DNA of 64,000 nt from Candidatus Methylomirabilota bacterium (GTDB lineage Bacteria > Methylomirabilota > Methylomirabilia > Rokubacteriales > CSP1-6), in the NCBI GenBank assembly GCA_035936835.1, contig DASYVT010000113.1, forward strand, positions 8,072 to 72,071, in the 5' to 3' direction. How positions within the stretch are numbered: position 1 is the first letter of the stretch; every line of letters starts with the position of its first letter. The position numbers were made by a program, and so were the translations under genes. This document shows positions 8,509-19,035 of the stretch, in pieces. The notes below the pieces were generated by a model that was not told the origin of the DNA, did not search any database, and saw only the letters and a program-made list of their open reading frames with translations.

Positions 8509-10863
8509 CTACGCCCCCGCGCCCGCCCGCAGCAGCTCGAAGATGCGCGCGGGCGTGAGCGGCACGCGCGTGACGCGGACGCCGCGGTCCCAGAGCGCGT
8601 CCTCGACGGCGTTGCCGATGGCGGCGGCGGGGGAGACGACGCCGCTCTCGCCCACGCCCTTAATGCCGAGCTCGTTGATCGGCGAGGGGAAGTCGAGGTG
8701 GTGGATCTCGAGCGGCGGCATGACGCCCGCGCGCGGCATCGGGTAGTCCATGAAGGTGCCGGTCAGGAGCTGGCCGGCTTCGTCATAGATCAGCTCCTCG
8801 CCGAGCGCCGTGCCTATGCCCTGGGCCAGCCCGCCGTGGATCTGTCCCTCGACGATCATCGGGTTGATGGGCCGGCCGCAGTCGTGCGCCGCGACGTACT
8901 TGAGGAGGCGGAGCGCGCCCGTCTCGACGTCCACCTCGAGCGCGACGGCGTGGACGCCGAAGGCCCAGGCGACGGTGCCCGGGTAGTGGAAGGCGCAGGC
9001 GTTGAGCCCGGGGCCGCCCGCATCCGCGAGCGCGCGGCTCCGCACCGCGGCCTTCGCCACGGCGGCCAGCGGCAGGCTCTTGCTCGGCACTCCCGCCACC
9101 ATGATCCGCCCCTGCTCGAGCACGACGTCCTCGGGAGCGCATTCGAAGATGCTCGCGGCGACGATCCTGGCCTTGCGGGCGGTCTCGTGCGCGGCGCGAG
9201 AGACGGCGGGGCCGGCCACGGCCGCCACGCGGCTCGCGATCGTGCCCATGCCGTAGCCGACGAGCTGGGTGTCGCCGCCGCGAATCACCACCTGCTCGAT
9301 CGGCACCGAGAGGACATCGGCGCAGATCTGGGCCAGTGTTGTCTCGTGGGCCTGGCCCTGGGACGACACGCCGATGTCGACGAAGACGGTGCCACCCGGA
9401 TCCACGCGGACGTTGGCGCCCTCGAAGGGCCCGAGGCCGGTGCCCTCGACGTAGGCGGAGATCCCGATACCGATCGGTCGGGATGAGCCCCGCCGCTTCG
9501 TTTGCTCGGCGCGCCAGCCCGCGTAGCCGAGCTTCTCGAGCGTGAGGTCGAACATCTTCACGTAGTCGGCGGGGTCGTAGGCGATGGGCACGCCGTCGCG
9601 GTACGTCAACCCCGTCCGCCACGGCATCTCCTCGAGGCGCACGAGGTTCTTCCGCCTGAGATCGGCCGGGTCCATGCCGATCTGCCGCGCGGCGCGGTCG
9701 AGGAGGCGGTCCAGGACGAAGTTGGCCTCGGGGCGCCCCGCGCCGCGATACGCGGCGGCGAAGGTCTTGTGGGTCACGACGTTCTGTCCCACGGCGTGGA
9801 AGTTGGGGACGCGGTAGGGGCCGACCAGGTGATTGATGGTGTTGTAGGTGATGGCCTCGCCGAGCGTCGTGTGCGCGCCGTGGTCTCGCGTGAACTCCGT
9901 CTCGAGTGCCACGATGGCGCCGTCCCTGGTGACGCCGAGCCGTGCCCGGTGCGCCTGGTCGCGGTCGGCCGCCGCCGTCATGAAATGTTCCCGCCGCGTC
10001 TCGATCCACTTGACCGGGCGCCCGAGGTGCCGCGCGACCGCAGGCACCAGGATGTCCTCGGGATAGACGTGGCCCTTGACCCCGAAGCCCCCGCCGACTT
10101 CAGGGGCGATCACGCGCACGTGTTCCTCGGCCATGCCGAGCACGCCCGCGATCGCGCTCCGCACCGCGAAAGGCACCTGGGTCGAGAGCCAGACCGTGAG
10201 CAGACCCGCCGCGGGATCGTGTGAGGCCAATACCGCGCGCGGCTCGATCGGCATGCCCGCGACGCGCGGGTAGTAGAGCTGCATCTCGACGACGGCGTCG
10301 GCCTTGGCGAAGCCTTCGGCGACGCTGCCCGTCCCGGATTCGGACACTCCCGCCAGGTTACCCGGCCAGCTCTCGTGGACTTTCGGCGCGCCCAGGGCGA
10401 GCGCCGCCTCGACGGTGGCCGCCGCCGGCAGCGGCTCGTATTCCACGCGGACGCTCTCGACGCCGTCGGCTGCGATGTACGCGGTGTCCGCGACGACGGC
10501 GGCCACGGCTTCGCCCGCATGCGTGACCCGCTCGGCTGCCAACACGGGATGGTGGTAGGGGTGGAACTCGGGCGCGGGGACGAGCGGCGGGACTGAGCCT
10601 GCGAGGGCGGGCAGCTCGGCCCGCGTCAGCACCGCGGCGACGCCGGGGATCCGCGCGGCATCGGCGCCGTCGATGCGCGCGATCACCGCGTGAGAGTGGG
10701 GGCTCCGCACGACAGCCAGCCAGAGCATGCCGGGCAGCGCGAAGTCGTCCGTGAAGCGGCCGGCGCCGCGCAGGAGACGGTCGTCTTCTTTGCGTCGGAT
10801 GGAGGCGCCGACAAGCTCGCCGGCCAGTTTTTTGTCGGGGTCGGGGTCCAGGCGTCCGCTCAG
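8509..10863 (-). CDS. Xanthine dehydrogenase family molybdopterin-binding subunit (CoxL / aldehyde oxidase large-subunit-like)
   Basis: Conserved N-terminus ([15 protein letters not shown]), a/b-hammerhead and MoCo-binding regions. The start is uncertain: no ATG/GTG/TTG lies between the upstream cupin stop (10860-62) and the conserved N-terminus. The track ORF runs to an ATG at 11031, which would overlap the cupin gene by 171 nt. Confidence 0.75.
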   Translation of the reverse strand: MSGRLDPDPDKKLAGELVGASIRRKEDDRLLRGAGRFTDDFALPGMLWLAVVRSPHSHAVIARIDGADAARIPGVAAVLTRAELPALAGSVPPLVPAPEFHPYHHPVLAAERVTHAGEAVAAVVADTAYIAADGVESVRVEYEPLPAAATVEAALALGAPKVHESWPGNLAGVSESGTGSVAEGFAKADAVVEMQLYYPRVAGMPIEPRAVLASHDPAAGLLTVWLSTQVPFAVRSAIAGVLGMAEEHVRVIAPEVGGGFGVKGHVYPEDILVPAVARHLGRPVKWIETRREHFMTAAADRDQAHRARLGVTRDGAIVALETEFTRDHGAHTTLGEAITYNTINHLVGPYRVPNFHAVGQNVVTHKTFAAAYRGAGRPEANFVLDRLLDRAARQIGMDPADLRRKNLVRLEEMPWRTGLTYRDGVPIAYDPADYVKMFDLTLEKLGYAGWRAEQTKRRGSSRPIGIGISAYVEGTGLGPFEGANVRVDPGGTVFVDIGVSSQGQAHETTLAQICADVLSVPIEQVVIRGGDTQLVGYGMGTIASRVAAVAGPAVSRAAHETARKARIVAASIFECAPEDVVLEQGRIMVAGVPSKSLPLAAVAKAAVRSRALADAGGPGLNACAFHYPGTVAWAFGVHAVALEVDVETGALRLLKYVAAHDCGRPINPMIVEGQIHGGLAQGIGTALGEELIYDEAGQLLTGTFMDYPMPRAGVMPPLEIHHLDFPSPINELGIKGVGESGVVSPAAAIGNAVEDALWDRGVRVTRVPLTPARIFELLRAGAGA

Positions 10864-11351
10864 GCGCGGGTCGGCCGGAGATGCGCGTCGCGCTGCTTCG
10901 CGAGCTCGGGGTCGGCGTAGCCCATGAGTCCCGGCTGGGCGGCGCCGAGCATCACTTGAAGATACGCGCCCTCGAGACCCACGTTCTCGAAGCCGTGGAC
11001 GACGTTGGCCGGGCAGGAGATGCAGTCCCACTTGCCGAGCACCGTCTCGGCGCGGCCGCCCTTGCCGTCCTCGAGGAAGACCTTGACCTTGCCCTCGAGG
11101 ATGAAGAAGGCTTCCTCGACGGGATGCGTGTGGGGCGCGTTTCCCTGTCCGGGCGGCACGTACATGATGGACAGCGTGAAGTGCTCGGCGGGGATGGCCC
11201 TCGCGTCGCCTTTGCCCGAGGCGCCGGCGCCGATGAAGCGGTGTTGCGCGCGGCGGAAGCCCTCGACGCGCGCGTCCGCGAAGGCGTCCCAGTCGGCCAC
11301 GCGGTCGGTGAAGCGCGCAATGCGGCGCTCCAGCTGCTCGTGGATCTCCAT
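10860..11351 (-). CDS. Cupin domain protein
   Basis: RmlC-like cupin motif (GNAPHTHPVEEAFFILEGKVKVF...ANVVHGFENVG). Length 163 aa. Confidence 0.8.
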   Translation of the reverse strand: MEIHEQLERRIARFTDRVADWDAFADARVEGFRRAQHRFIGAGASGKGDARAIPAEHFTLSIMYVPPGQGNAPHTHPVEEAFFILEGKVKVFLEDGKGGRAETVLGKWDCISCPANVVHGFENVGLEGAYLQVMLGAAQPGLMGYADPELAKQRDAHLRPTRA

Positions 11352-11423
11352 GGCGTCAGTCGTACCACAGCGTCGTGGGGAAGTCGAGAGACACTCGCTT
11401 TTTTAGTGTGTTAGATTACCCAC

Positions 11424-12062
11424 ATGCGCGGCTTTTTCATCACGGTCGAAGGAGTTGAGGGCTCGGGCAAGTCCACGCACTGTCGGCTCCTCGGGCAGTG
11501 GCTCAGCGCCCGCGGGCTCGAGGTGCTCCTGACCAGCGAGCCTGACGGCACGCCGCTCGGCTCGGCCATCCGTAGGGTCTTTGAGCAGGACGGTGTGCCG
11601 CCGACGCCCCTTACGCAGACGTTCCTCTTCATGGCGGCGCGCCAGCAGCACGTCGCCCAGGTCATCCGCCCGGCGCTCGCGCGCGGGGCCGTCGTCGTCT
11701 CCGACCGCTACGCCGACGCAACGCTCGCCTACCAGGGATTCGGCGGCGGCATGGAGCTCGAGACGATCCGGGATCTCAACGCGCTCGCCACGGGTGGCGT
11801 CATGCCGGACCTGACCCTGCTCCTCGACCTCGACCCCTCGGAGGGCATCAAGCGGATCAGCGACCGCACGCTCGACGCATTTGAGAAGATGGATCTCGCC
11901 TTTCATCGCCGCGTGCGCGAGGGCTACCTCGAGATCGCGCGCGCCGAGAAGAACCGGGTCGTCGTGCTCAGCGCCGCGCAGCCCGAGGACGCGCTCCACG
12001 CCGCGGTCGTCCGCGCGGTCGAAGGATTGCTGCTGAAGCAGGAGGCGGGCCGTGGTGCTTGA
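11424..12062 (+). CDS. tmk: Thymidylate kinase
   Basis: P-loop GVEGSGKST, DRY motif (VVSDRYADATLAYQG) and lid region. Length 212 aa. Confidence 0.9.
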   Translation: MRGFFITVEGVEGSGKSTHCRLLGQWLSARGLEVLLTSEPDGTPLGSAIRRVFEQDGVPPTPLTQTFLFMAARQQHVAQVIRPALARGAVVVSDRYADATLAYQGFGGGMELETIRDLNALATGGVMPDLTLLLDLDPSEGIKRISDRTLDAFEKMDLAFHRRVREGYLEIARAEKNRVVVLSAAQPEDALHAAVVRAVEGLLLKQEAGRGA

Positions 12063-12969
12063 CACGCCCAACGCACTTAACGTGCCCAATGCACTTAACG
12101 TAATCGTCGGCCAGCCCGAAGCGGTGGATCTTCTCCGCCGCGCCGTCGAGGGAGGCCGCGTCGCGCACGCCTGGGCCTTCATCGGCCCGCACGGCGCCGG
12201 GCGCAGGACGACCGCGCTGGCCTTCGCCAAGGCCCTGGTGGCGCCGTCGGGCGGCGCCGCGGCCTCGCGGGTGGACCGCGGTCTCCACCCCGACGTCCAC
12301 CTCCTCGGCCCTACGCCGCCCGCGAGCAACCCCAAGGGCACGCTCGCCATCCGCGTCGAGAACATCCGCGAGCTGGAACGGCTGGCGTCGCTCAAGGCCG
12401 CCGAGGCGCCGTGGAAAGTCTTCATCGTGGACGAGGCGGAGACCATGACGGGCGCGGCGCCCCAGGCCTTCCTGAAGACTCTTGAGGAGCCGCCGGCGCG
12501 GACCGTGATCATCCTGGTCCTGAGCCAGGTCCGCGCGCTGCCGGCCACGGTGCTCTCGCGCTGCCAGATCGTCCGCTTCCGTCCCCGCGCTGCCGAGGGC
12601 GCCGTCGCGCTCCTACCCGGCGGCGCCGGCGAGGACCGCGCGCGCGCGCTCGGATGGCTCGCGCAGGCGCAGACGCGCGGCGTCGAGGCCGTCCTCCAGG
12701 TCGGCGAGGCCGTCGGCCGCGACCGCGAAGCGGCGCTGGCCGTGGTCGAGACCTGCTGGCTGTGGTACCGCGACCTCCTCTGCTCCCAGGGCGGTGCCGA
12801 TTCCCGCCTTGCCGTGTTCGCCGGGAAAGCCGATGGTTCGGGACGGTCGCTGGACGAAGTCGTGGCGGGTCTTTCCGCCTGCCGTGAAGCATGGCAGGCC
12901 ATCCAAGGAAGCGTCTCACCTCGGCTCACGGTCGAGGTGCTGCTGAGCCGCCTGACGAAGGCGGCATAG
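12052..12969 (+). CDS. holB: DNA polymerase III subunit delta-prime
   Basis: AAA+ clamp-loader motifs (HAWAFIGPHGAGRRT, FIVDEAETM, ALLKTLEEPP, SRCQIVRF). An alternative GTG start at 12082 sits inside an 18-nt tandem duplication. Confidence 0.85.
   Translation: MVLDTPNALNVPNALNVIVGQPEAVDLLRRAVEGGRVAHAWAFIGPHGAGRRTTALAFAKALVAPSGGAAASRVDRGLHPDVHLLGPTPPASNPKGTLAIRVENIRELERLASLKAAEAPWKVFIVDEAETMTGAAPQAFLKTLEEPPARTVIILVLSQVRALPATVLSRCQIVRFRPRAAEGAVALLPGGAGEDRARALGWLAQAQTRGVEAVLQVGEAVGRDREAALAVVETCWLWYRDLLCSQGGADSRLAVFAGKADGSGRSLDEVVAGLSACREAWQAIQGSVSPRLTVEVLLSRLTKAA
12066..12101 (+). repeat. 18-nt AT-rich tandem duplication (CCCAAyGCACTTAACGTr x2). It encodes NALNVPNALNV at the holB 5' end.
   Basis: Direct repeat seen in the sequence. 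Its local GC is far below the genome background. Confidence 0.7.
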
Positions 12970-12977
12970 GGGCGATC

Positions 12978-13862
12978 ATGAGCGAGACCACTGACACTGA
13001 GGCGGCGGTGGAGCCCGAGGCGCAGCTGCCGTATCTCATCGGCGTGCGGCTGCGCGTTCCGCTCCAGGCCGAGGACCACTTGACGGATCAAGAGGATCTG
13101 GCCGTCGGCGATTTCGTCGTCGTAGCGACGGGCCAGGGCACCGCTGTGGGCGAGATCAGGCGGCCCAAGCGCCCGCTGCCGGAGTTCAAGCGGGGCCGGC
13201 TCTACCGGCAGGTGATGCGTCGCGCGACGGACGCGGAAGTGGCCGAGTGGCGCGCGCGCCGCGAGCGCGAGCTCCAGCACGCCGAGACGTGCCGCCAGCG
13301 CGCCCGGGCGCGGGGGCTCAGGCTCAAGGTCGTGGACGTCGAGATCGATCCGAAGCACCGCCGCGTCACCGTCCTCTTCAATGCCGAGGACCGCGTGGAC
13401 TTCCGCGACCTCGTGCGCGATCTCGCCCATGAGTTCCACGCGCGCATCGAGATGCGGCAGATCGGCGCGCGCGACACGACCAAGCTCATGGACGGCATCG
13501 GCCCGTGCGGCCGGCAGCTCTGCTGCACGTCGTATCTCAAGAAGTTCGACCCGATCTCGGTCAAGATGGCCAAGACTCAGGACATGCCGCTCACGGACAG
13601 CCGGCTCCTCGGCAACTGCGGCCGGCTCAAGTGCTGCCTGCTCTACGAGTTCTCCACCTACGACCAGCTGCGCAAGCACCTGCCCAAGGTCGGCTCGGCC
13701 TGCCAGGCCGACTGCGGCACGCAGGGGTGCATGACGGGCAAGGTGCGCTCGCTGCGCGTGCTCAAGCAGACCGTGGTGGTGGGCTTCCAGGACGGCACCG
13801 AGGCCGAGGTGCCGCTCGAGGCCTTGACGTGGGAAGGCCGCCCCCACGTCCAACCGCTCTGA
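12978..13862 (+). CDS. PSP1 C-terminal domain protein (RicT/YaaT homolog)
   Basis: PSP1 domain with a conserved Cys cluster (GPCGRQLCCTSYL...GNCGRLKCCLLYE). Lies immediately downstream of holB, as in Firmicutes. Start taken at the ATG at 12978. The track ORF extends upstream across the end of holB. Confidence 0.75.
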   Translation: MSETTDTEAAVEPEAQLPYLIGVRLRVPLQAEDHLTDQEDLAVGDFVVVATGQGTAVGEIRRPKRPLPEFKRGRLYRQVMRRATDAEVAEWRARRERELQHAETCRQRARARGLRLKVVDVEIDPKHRRVTVLFNAEDRVDFRDLVRDLAHEFHARIEMRQIGARDTTKLMDGIGPCGRQLCCTSYLKKFDPISVKMAKTQDMPLTDSRLLGNCGRLKCCLLYEFSTYDQLRKHLPKVGSACQADCGTQGCMTGKVRSLRVLKQTVVVGFQDGTEAEVPLEALTWEGRPHVQPL

Positions 13863-13872
13863 GAGGCCACCC

Positions 13873-15417
13873 ATGATCACGCGAATCGCCACGCTCGTCG
13901 CCCTCGCGCTCCTGACCACCGCGCCCGGCGCGACGGCGCAGGAGCAGCCGCGCATGGGCGGCGTACTCAAGGCCGGGATGATCGGCGAGGCGCCGACGCT
14001 CGACCTCCACGCGACGACCGCCGTCATCACGCAGCAGATCACCTGGCACGTGTACGAGACGCTCTACACGTACGACAAGAACATGAGCCCGATCCCGATG
14101 CTGGCCGAGGGGCACGCGATCGCCGACAACGGACGTCGCTACACCATCACGCTCCGCAAAGACGTGCGGTTCCACAACGGCAAGGAGATGATCTCGGCCG
14201 ACGTCGTGCCCTCGCTCCAGCACTGGGGCAAGCTCGCCACGCCGGGTAAGGCGATCTGGAAGAACGTCGAGGCCGTCGAGGCCAAGGATCCGTATACGGT
14301 CGTGATCTACCTCAGGGAGCCCTCGGGCTCGCTCTTGTTCGCTCTGGGCTCGCCCAACAACGGCGCGGCGATCTATCCCAAGGACATCCTCGCCGCCGCG
14401 GGCGACCTGCCGGTCAAGGAGTACATCGGCACGGGCCCCTACCGCTTCGTCGAGCACAAGCCCGACCGGCACGTCCGGCTGGCGCGCTTCAAGGAGTACT
14501 CGGCCCGCTCGGAGCCGCCCAACGGCTACGGCGGCAAGCGCACGGCGTACATCGACGAGATCTACTTCATCCCGGTCCCGGAGGCCTCCGTGCGGCTGGC
14601 CGGCACAGAGACCGGCGAGTACAACTTCGCGCAGAGCATCCGGCAGGACCAGGTGGACCGCGTCAAGGGCCAGCCGGCCCTCGAGGCGCAGATCGTCAAG
14701 CCCTACGGCTGGATCACCGCCGTGCCGAACCACAAGGAAGGCGTGATGGCCAACCGCAAGGTGCGGCAAGCCTTCCAGGCCGTGCTCGACATGGAGCCGA
14801 TCATGTCGGCCGGCATCGGCAACAAGGCCTTCTACCGGCTCGACGGCGCGCTCTTCTACCCCGAGCAGGGGCTGTTCCACTCGCAGGCGGGTGTAACGGG
14901 CTACAACCAGAAGAACAAGGCAAAGGCGCGCCAGCTCCTGAAGGAAGCCGGCTACGCCGGCCAGCCCGTACGCTGGATCACCACCAAGGAGTACGAGTGG
15001 ATGTACAACACGGCGCTCATGTCCTCGCAGCAGATGGAGGACGTGGGCTTCAAGGTCGACCTCCAGGTCCTCGACTGGGCGACGCTGGTCCAGCGGCGCG
15101 GCAAGCCCGAGCTCTTCGACATCTTCTCGACGGGCTTTACGCTCAACCCCGACCCGGCCATCGCGACCGCCGTCCAGTGCAACTGGCCGGGCTCGTGGTG
15201 CCTCGAGGAGAAGGACAAGCTCCTCGCCGAGATGGCGCGGGAGACCGACCCCAAGAAGCGCCGCACGATGATCGAGAAGGTCCAGGCGCTGTTCTACGAG
15301 GACGTCGGGCGCATCAAGTTCGGGGACTACTTCGACCTCTGGGTGACGCGCAAGGAAGTGCGCGGCTTCAAGCCGGGTCCGTATCTGTACTTCTGGAACG
15401 CCTGGATCGCGAAGTAA
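13873..15417 (+). CDS. ABC transporter substrate-binding protein, family 5 (Dpp/Opp/Nik-like). Orphan: no cognate permease nearby.
   Basis: Signal peptide followed by family-5 SBP architecture. 514 aa. Confidence 0.8.
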   Translation: MITRIATLVALALLTTAPGATAQEQPRMGGVLKAGMIGEAPTLDLHATTAVITQQITWHVYETLYTYDKNMSPIPMLAEGHAIADNGRRYTITLRKDVRFHNGKEMISADVVPSLQHWGKLATPGKAIWKNVEAVEAKDPYTVVIYLREPSGSLLFALGSPNNGAAIYPKDILAAAGDLPVKEYIGTGPYRFVEHKPDRHVRLARFKEYSARSEPPNGYGGKRTAYIDEIYFIPVPEASVRLAGTETGEYNFAQSIRQDQVDRVKGQPALEAQIVKPYGWITAVPNHKEGVMANRKVRQAFQAVLDMEPIMSAGIGNKAFYRLDGALFYPEQGLFHSQAGVTGYNQKNKAKARQLLKEAGYAGQPVRWITTKEYEWMYNTALMSSQQMEDVGFKVDLQVLDWATLVQRRGKPELFDIFSTGFTLNPDPAIATAVQCNWPGSWCLEEKDKLLAEMARETDPKKRRTMIEKVQALFYEDVGRIKFGDYFDLWVTRKEVRGFKPGPYLYFWNAWIAK

Positions 15418-15424
15418 GGGTTCG

Positions 15425-17320
15425 ATGGCCGACCGCACCTTCTACCTGACCACGCCGATCTACTACGTCAACGCGCGGCCGCACCTCGGGCACGCGTGCA
15501 CGACCATCATGGCCGACGCGATGTGCCGATACCGGCGTCTGCGCGGCGAGCGCGTCTACCTCCTGACGGGCACCGACGAGCACGGGGAAAGGATCGCCCA
15601 GGTTGCGGCCGCCGCGGGCGTGACACCGCAGGCCTACGCCGACGAGATCTCCGGCGTCTTCCGCGAGACCTGGCGCCAGCTCGGGATCACCAACGACGAC
15701 TTCATCCGCACGACGGAGCCGCGCCACAAGGCGGTCGTCCAGGCCATCCTTCAGAAGCTCTACGACGCCGGCGAGATCTATTTCGGCGAGTACGGCGGGT
15801 GGTACTGCTACGGCTGCGAGCGGTTCTACACCGAGAAGGAGATCGTGGACGGGAAATGCCCGGACCACCAGACGGCGCTCACCTTCATCAAGGAGAAGAA
15901 CTACTTCTTCAGGATGTCGAAGCATCAGACGTGGCTGATCAAGCATCTCCAGGATCACCCGGACTTTATCCAGCCCGAGCGCTACCGGAACGAGGTGCTG
16001 GGCTTCCTCCGCGAGCCGCTCCAGGACCTCTCGATCAGCCGGCCCACGTCGCGGCTCACGTGGGGCATCCCGCTGCCCTTTGACGACCAGTACGTCACGT
16101 ACGTCTGGTTCGACGCGCTGATCAACTACGTCTCGGCGCTCGGCTACCCGGACGGCGCGCTCTACAAGGAGCTCTGGCCCCACGTCGAGCACCTGATCGG
16201 CAAGGACATCCTCCAGCCCCACGGCGTCTACTGGCCGACCATGCTCCACGCGGCCGGGATCCCGCTCTACCAGCGCCTGAACGTCCACGGGTTCTGGTCG
16301 CTCGGCGGCGGGAAGATGTCGAAGTCGGTCGGCAACGTCGTCGAGGCCTTCCAGCTCACGGACAAGTACGGCCACGACGCCTTCCGCTACTTCCTCCTGC
16401 GCGAGATGAACTTCGGGCTCGACGCCTCCTTCACCGAGGAGGCCCTGGTCGGCCGTCTCAACGCCGACCTCGCCAACGACCTCGGCAACCTGGCGAGTCG
16501 CGCCACGACTCTGTTGTCGAGGTTCGGGGCCATCGCGGAGGCCGGCGGGCAGCCGACTCCCGAGGACCAGCAGATCCATGCGCTCGCGGTCCAGGCCCGG
16601 AGCGGCGTCGAGCGCGAAATGTCGGATTTTGCGTTCCAGAAGGCGCTCGGCGGGATCTGGGAGTTCATCGGCGCTCTCAACCGCTACGTGGATACGGCCG
16701 CGCCCTGGGAGCTCGCCAAGGACCCCGCCAAGCGGCCGAGACTCGAGAGAGTTCTCTGCACGTTGGCCGACGCGCTTCAGTTCCTCGGCATCATCCTCGA
16801 TCCGTTCGTGCCTGACGCGGCGGCCAAGATACGCGGCGCGCTCGGCTACACGAAGCCGCCGAGGCTCGAGGATGCCGTCGTGGGGCAGCTCACGAGCGTT
16901 CCAGCCGTCCAGAAGATGGCTGCCCTCTTCCCGAGAATCGAGGCCAAGGTGAGCGAAGAAACCAAATCGGCAGCGGCGGCCGCGCCGGCAGGCCCCGTCA
17001 AGATCCCCATCGACGACTTCATGAAGGTCGAGCTCCGCGTGGCCGAGGTGCTCGCCGCCGAGCGCGTGCCGAAGTCGAAGAAGCTCCTCAAGCTCACTGT
17101 CAAGGTGGGGGACGAAACCCGCACCGTCGTGGCCGGCATCGCGGAGCAGTACGAGCCCGAGCCGCTCGTCGGCCGCAAGGTCGTCATCGTCGCGAATCTC
17201 CAGCCCGCCACGCTGATGGGCGTCGAGTCCAACGGCATGGTGCTGGCCGCCTCGCACGAGGGCACCGTGTCCCTTCTCACGCTCGACAAGGACGTGCCGC
17301 CCGGGTCCAAGGTCAAGTAG
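15425..17320 (+). CDS. metG: Methionine--tRNA ligase with a C-terminal tRNA-binding (EMAP/Trbp111-like) domain
   Basis: HIGH-type motif (YVNARPHLGHA), KMSKS motif, zinc knuckle CYGCERF...CPDH, and a C-terminal VELRVAEVL...VANL domain. Confidence 0.95.
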   Translation: MADRTFYLTTPIYYVNARPHLGHACTTIMADAMCRYRRLRGERVYLLTGTDEHGERIAQVAAAAGVTPQAYADEISGVFRETWRQLGITNDDFIRTTEPRHKAVVQAILQKLYDAGEIYFGEYGGWYCYGCERFYTEKEIVDGKCPDHQTALTFIKEKNYFFRMSKHQTWLIKHLQDHPDFIQPERYRNEVLGFLREPLQDLSISRPTSRLTWGIPLPFDDQYVTYVWFDALINYVSALGYPDGALYKELWPHVEHLIGKDILQPHGVYWPTMLHAAGIPLYQRLNVHGFWSLGGGKMSKSVGNVVEAFQLTDKYGHDAFRYFLLREMNFGLDASFTEEALVGRLNADLANDLGNLASRATTLLSRFGAIAEAGGQPTPEDQQIHALAVQARSGVEREMSDFAFQKALGGIWEFIGALNRYVDTAAPWELAKDPAKRPRLERVLCTLADALQFLGIILDPFVPDAAAKIRGALGYTKPPRLEDAVVGQLTSVPAVQKMAALFPRIEAKVSEETKSAAAAAPAGPVKIPIDDFMKVELRVAEVLAAERVPKSKKLLKLTVKVGDETRTVVAGIAEQYEPEPLVGRKVVIVANLQPATLMGVESNGMVLAASHEGTVSLLTLDKDVPPGSKVK

Positions 17321-18021
17321 TGCGCCGGGACATCATCGAGGAGACGTTCCGGCTCCTCGCCCGGCACTTCGACCTGTTCACGCTCATCGCGCTGACCGTG
17401 TGGCTGCCGGGCCACCTGATCATCAACTACATCGATTTCTTCGCGACTTCCAAAGGCGCCGCGGATGCCGGCGCGCGCGGCTTCCGGGTCGGCCTGATGG
17501 TGGAAGGCGCCTTCGGCCCGCTGGTGGTGGCTGCCACGCTGGCCGCGTTGGCGCGCATCACGCGCGGCGAGCCCGCCAGCTATGCCCAGGCCATGCGGCA
17601 TGGCTTCGCCATCTGGCCGCGGCTCTTTATCGCCCGGCTCGTCGCGAGCGCGCTCGTCCTGGCAGGGCTGATCGCGCTCGTCGTGCCCGGCGTGCTCGCC
17701 CTGGTCCGGCTCTCGTTCGTGGACGCGCTCGTGGTCCTCGACGGGGCGCCTCTCGGCTCCGCGCTCCGCGCCAGCAACGCGCTCACCGTCGGCCGCCGCC
17801 TGGCCATCTTCTGGACGGGCGGATCCCTCTTCGTGGCCGTCTTCTCCGTCGCGATGACGCTCTCGGCGCTGGCGGGCGCGGCCGACCACTTCGTCGTCCA
17901 GGTGCTGGTCGACTGCGTGATCGCGGTGACACAGACCGTGTTCACGATCGCGCTCTTCCTCTTCTACCGGGAAGCCCGGCATGCCGCCGCGACTGCAATC
18001 CCCAGCGCCCCCGCCGACTGA
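17320..18021 (+). CDS. Membrane protein of unknown function
   Basis: 233-aa ORF with 5-6 hydrophobic helices. GTG start overlapping the metG stop. Confidence 0.5.
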   Translation: MRRDIIEETFRLLARHFDLFTLIALTVWLPGHLIINYIDFFATSKGAADAGARGFRVGLMVEGAFGPLVVAATLAALARITRGEPASYAQAMRHGFAIWPRLFIARLVASALVLAGLIALVVPGVLALVRLSFVDALVVLDGAPLGSALRASNALTVGRRLAIFWTGGSLFVAVFSVAMTLSALAGAADHFVVQVLVDCVIAVTQTVFTIALFLFYREARHAAATAIPSAPAD

Positions 18022-19018
18022 CGCGCCCGCCGCGCGGCGGACGCGGATCGACTGGCTCAAGCGTTGGGGAATCTCCGCCTTCTCGCTCGGCCTGGGGCTC
18101 GCGACGCTCTTCGTCTTCAGGCGCGGGCTGCCTCACGTGGGCTGGATCGTCGGCTACCTTCTCCTGCTCGTGGTGCTCGTGGCCGCGGTCACCGAGCTTC
18201 GCCAGCCGCTCGAGCGCCGCGGCCGGCGCCGCATCCTCAGCGCCGCGGACTACGCCATACAGTCCCTCTACCACGGGCTCCTGCTCTTCGTGCTCCCCGC
18301 CTACTACGCGAGCGCGACGCTCGACTCACTGAACGCGCTGTTTCTCGCCGGCGTCGTGGCGGGAGCCCTCGTGACGGCGATCGATCCCTGGTACGCAGCC
18401 ATCGTCCACCCACGGCGCTGGCTCAACCAGGCGCTGCTGGCCTTCTCCATCTTCGCCGCGCTCAACGTGGCGCTGCCGCTCCTCGGCATTCGGCCCATCC
18501 TGGCGCTCGAGGGGGCGGCGGCGCTGACCGCAGTGGCGATGATGCCGGTGTTCCGCGAGCGGGGCGCGCTCAGCTGGCGGCAAGCGTACGTGCGCTCGAC
18601 CGTGCTCGCCGTCGCGGCCATGGCGGCGCTGTGGCTCGGGCGCGCGGCGGTGCCGCCCGCCCCGCTCTTTGTCGCGACCGCGACCGCCGCCCGCAGCGTA
18701 ACCATGCTCGAGCCGGTCGAACCTGTCGAGAGCCCGATCCCCGCGCAGACAGTCGAGGGCTGGGGGGGCATCGCGGCCTATACCGCCGTGTACGCGCCGG
18801 CCGGACTGCGGCAGCCCATCGAGCATGTCTGGTGGAAGGACGGGCAACTCCTCGGGCGTGTACCGCTCGCGCCGCTTCGCGGCGGACGCAAGGAAGGCTT
18901 CAGGACCTACTCGCGGAAGACCGACCTCAAGCCGCCCTACGACGGGCGCTACCGCGTGGATGTGGTGACGGCATCGGGCCAGCTGATCGGACGCCTGCGC
19001 TTCACCGTCACACCCTGA
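17981..19018 (+). CDS. Membrane protein with a C-terminal soluble beta-rich domain (DUF2914-like)
   Basis: N-terminal polytopic region and a C-terminal WWKDGQLL...GRYRVDVVTASGQLIGRLRFTV module. Overlaps the previous gene by 41 nt. Confidence 0.5.
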   Translation: MPPRLQSPAPPPTDAPAARRTRIDWLKRWGISAFSLGLGLATLFVFRRGLPHVGWIVGYLLLLVVLVAAVTELRQPLERRGRRRILSAADYAIQSLYHGLLLFVLPAYYASATLDSLNALFLAGVVAGALVTAIDPWYAAIVHPRRWLNQALLAFSIFAALNVALPLLGIRPILALEGAAALTAVAMMPVFRERGALSWRQAYVRSTVLAVAAMAALWLGRAAVPPAPLFVATATAARSVTMLEPVEPVESPIPAQTVEGWGGIAAYTAVYAPAGLRQPIEHVWWKDGQLLGRVPLAPLRGGRKEGFRTYSRKTDLKPPYDGRYRVDVVTASGQLIGRLRFTVTP

Positions 19019-19035
19019 GCTATCATGAGCGCCTG

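Noticed and set aside
11403-14042. 879-aa minus-strand ORF spanning tmk-holB-ricT
   Set aside because: Antisense to three conserved housekeeping genes. No motifs.
15368-17257. 629-aa minus-strand ORF opposite metG
   Set aside because: Antisense artefact. metG is unambiguous.
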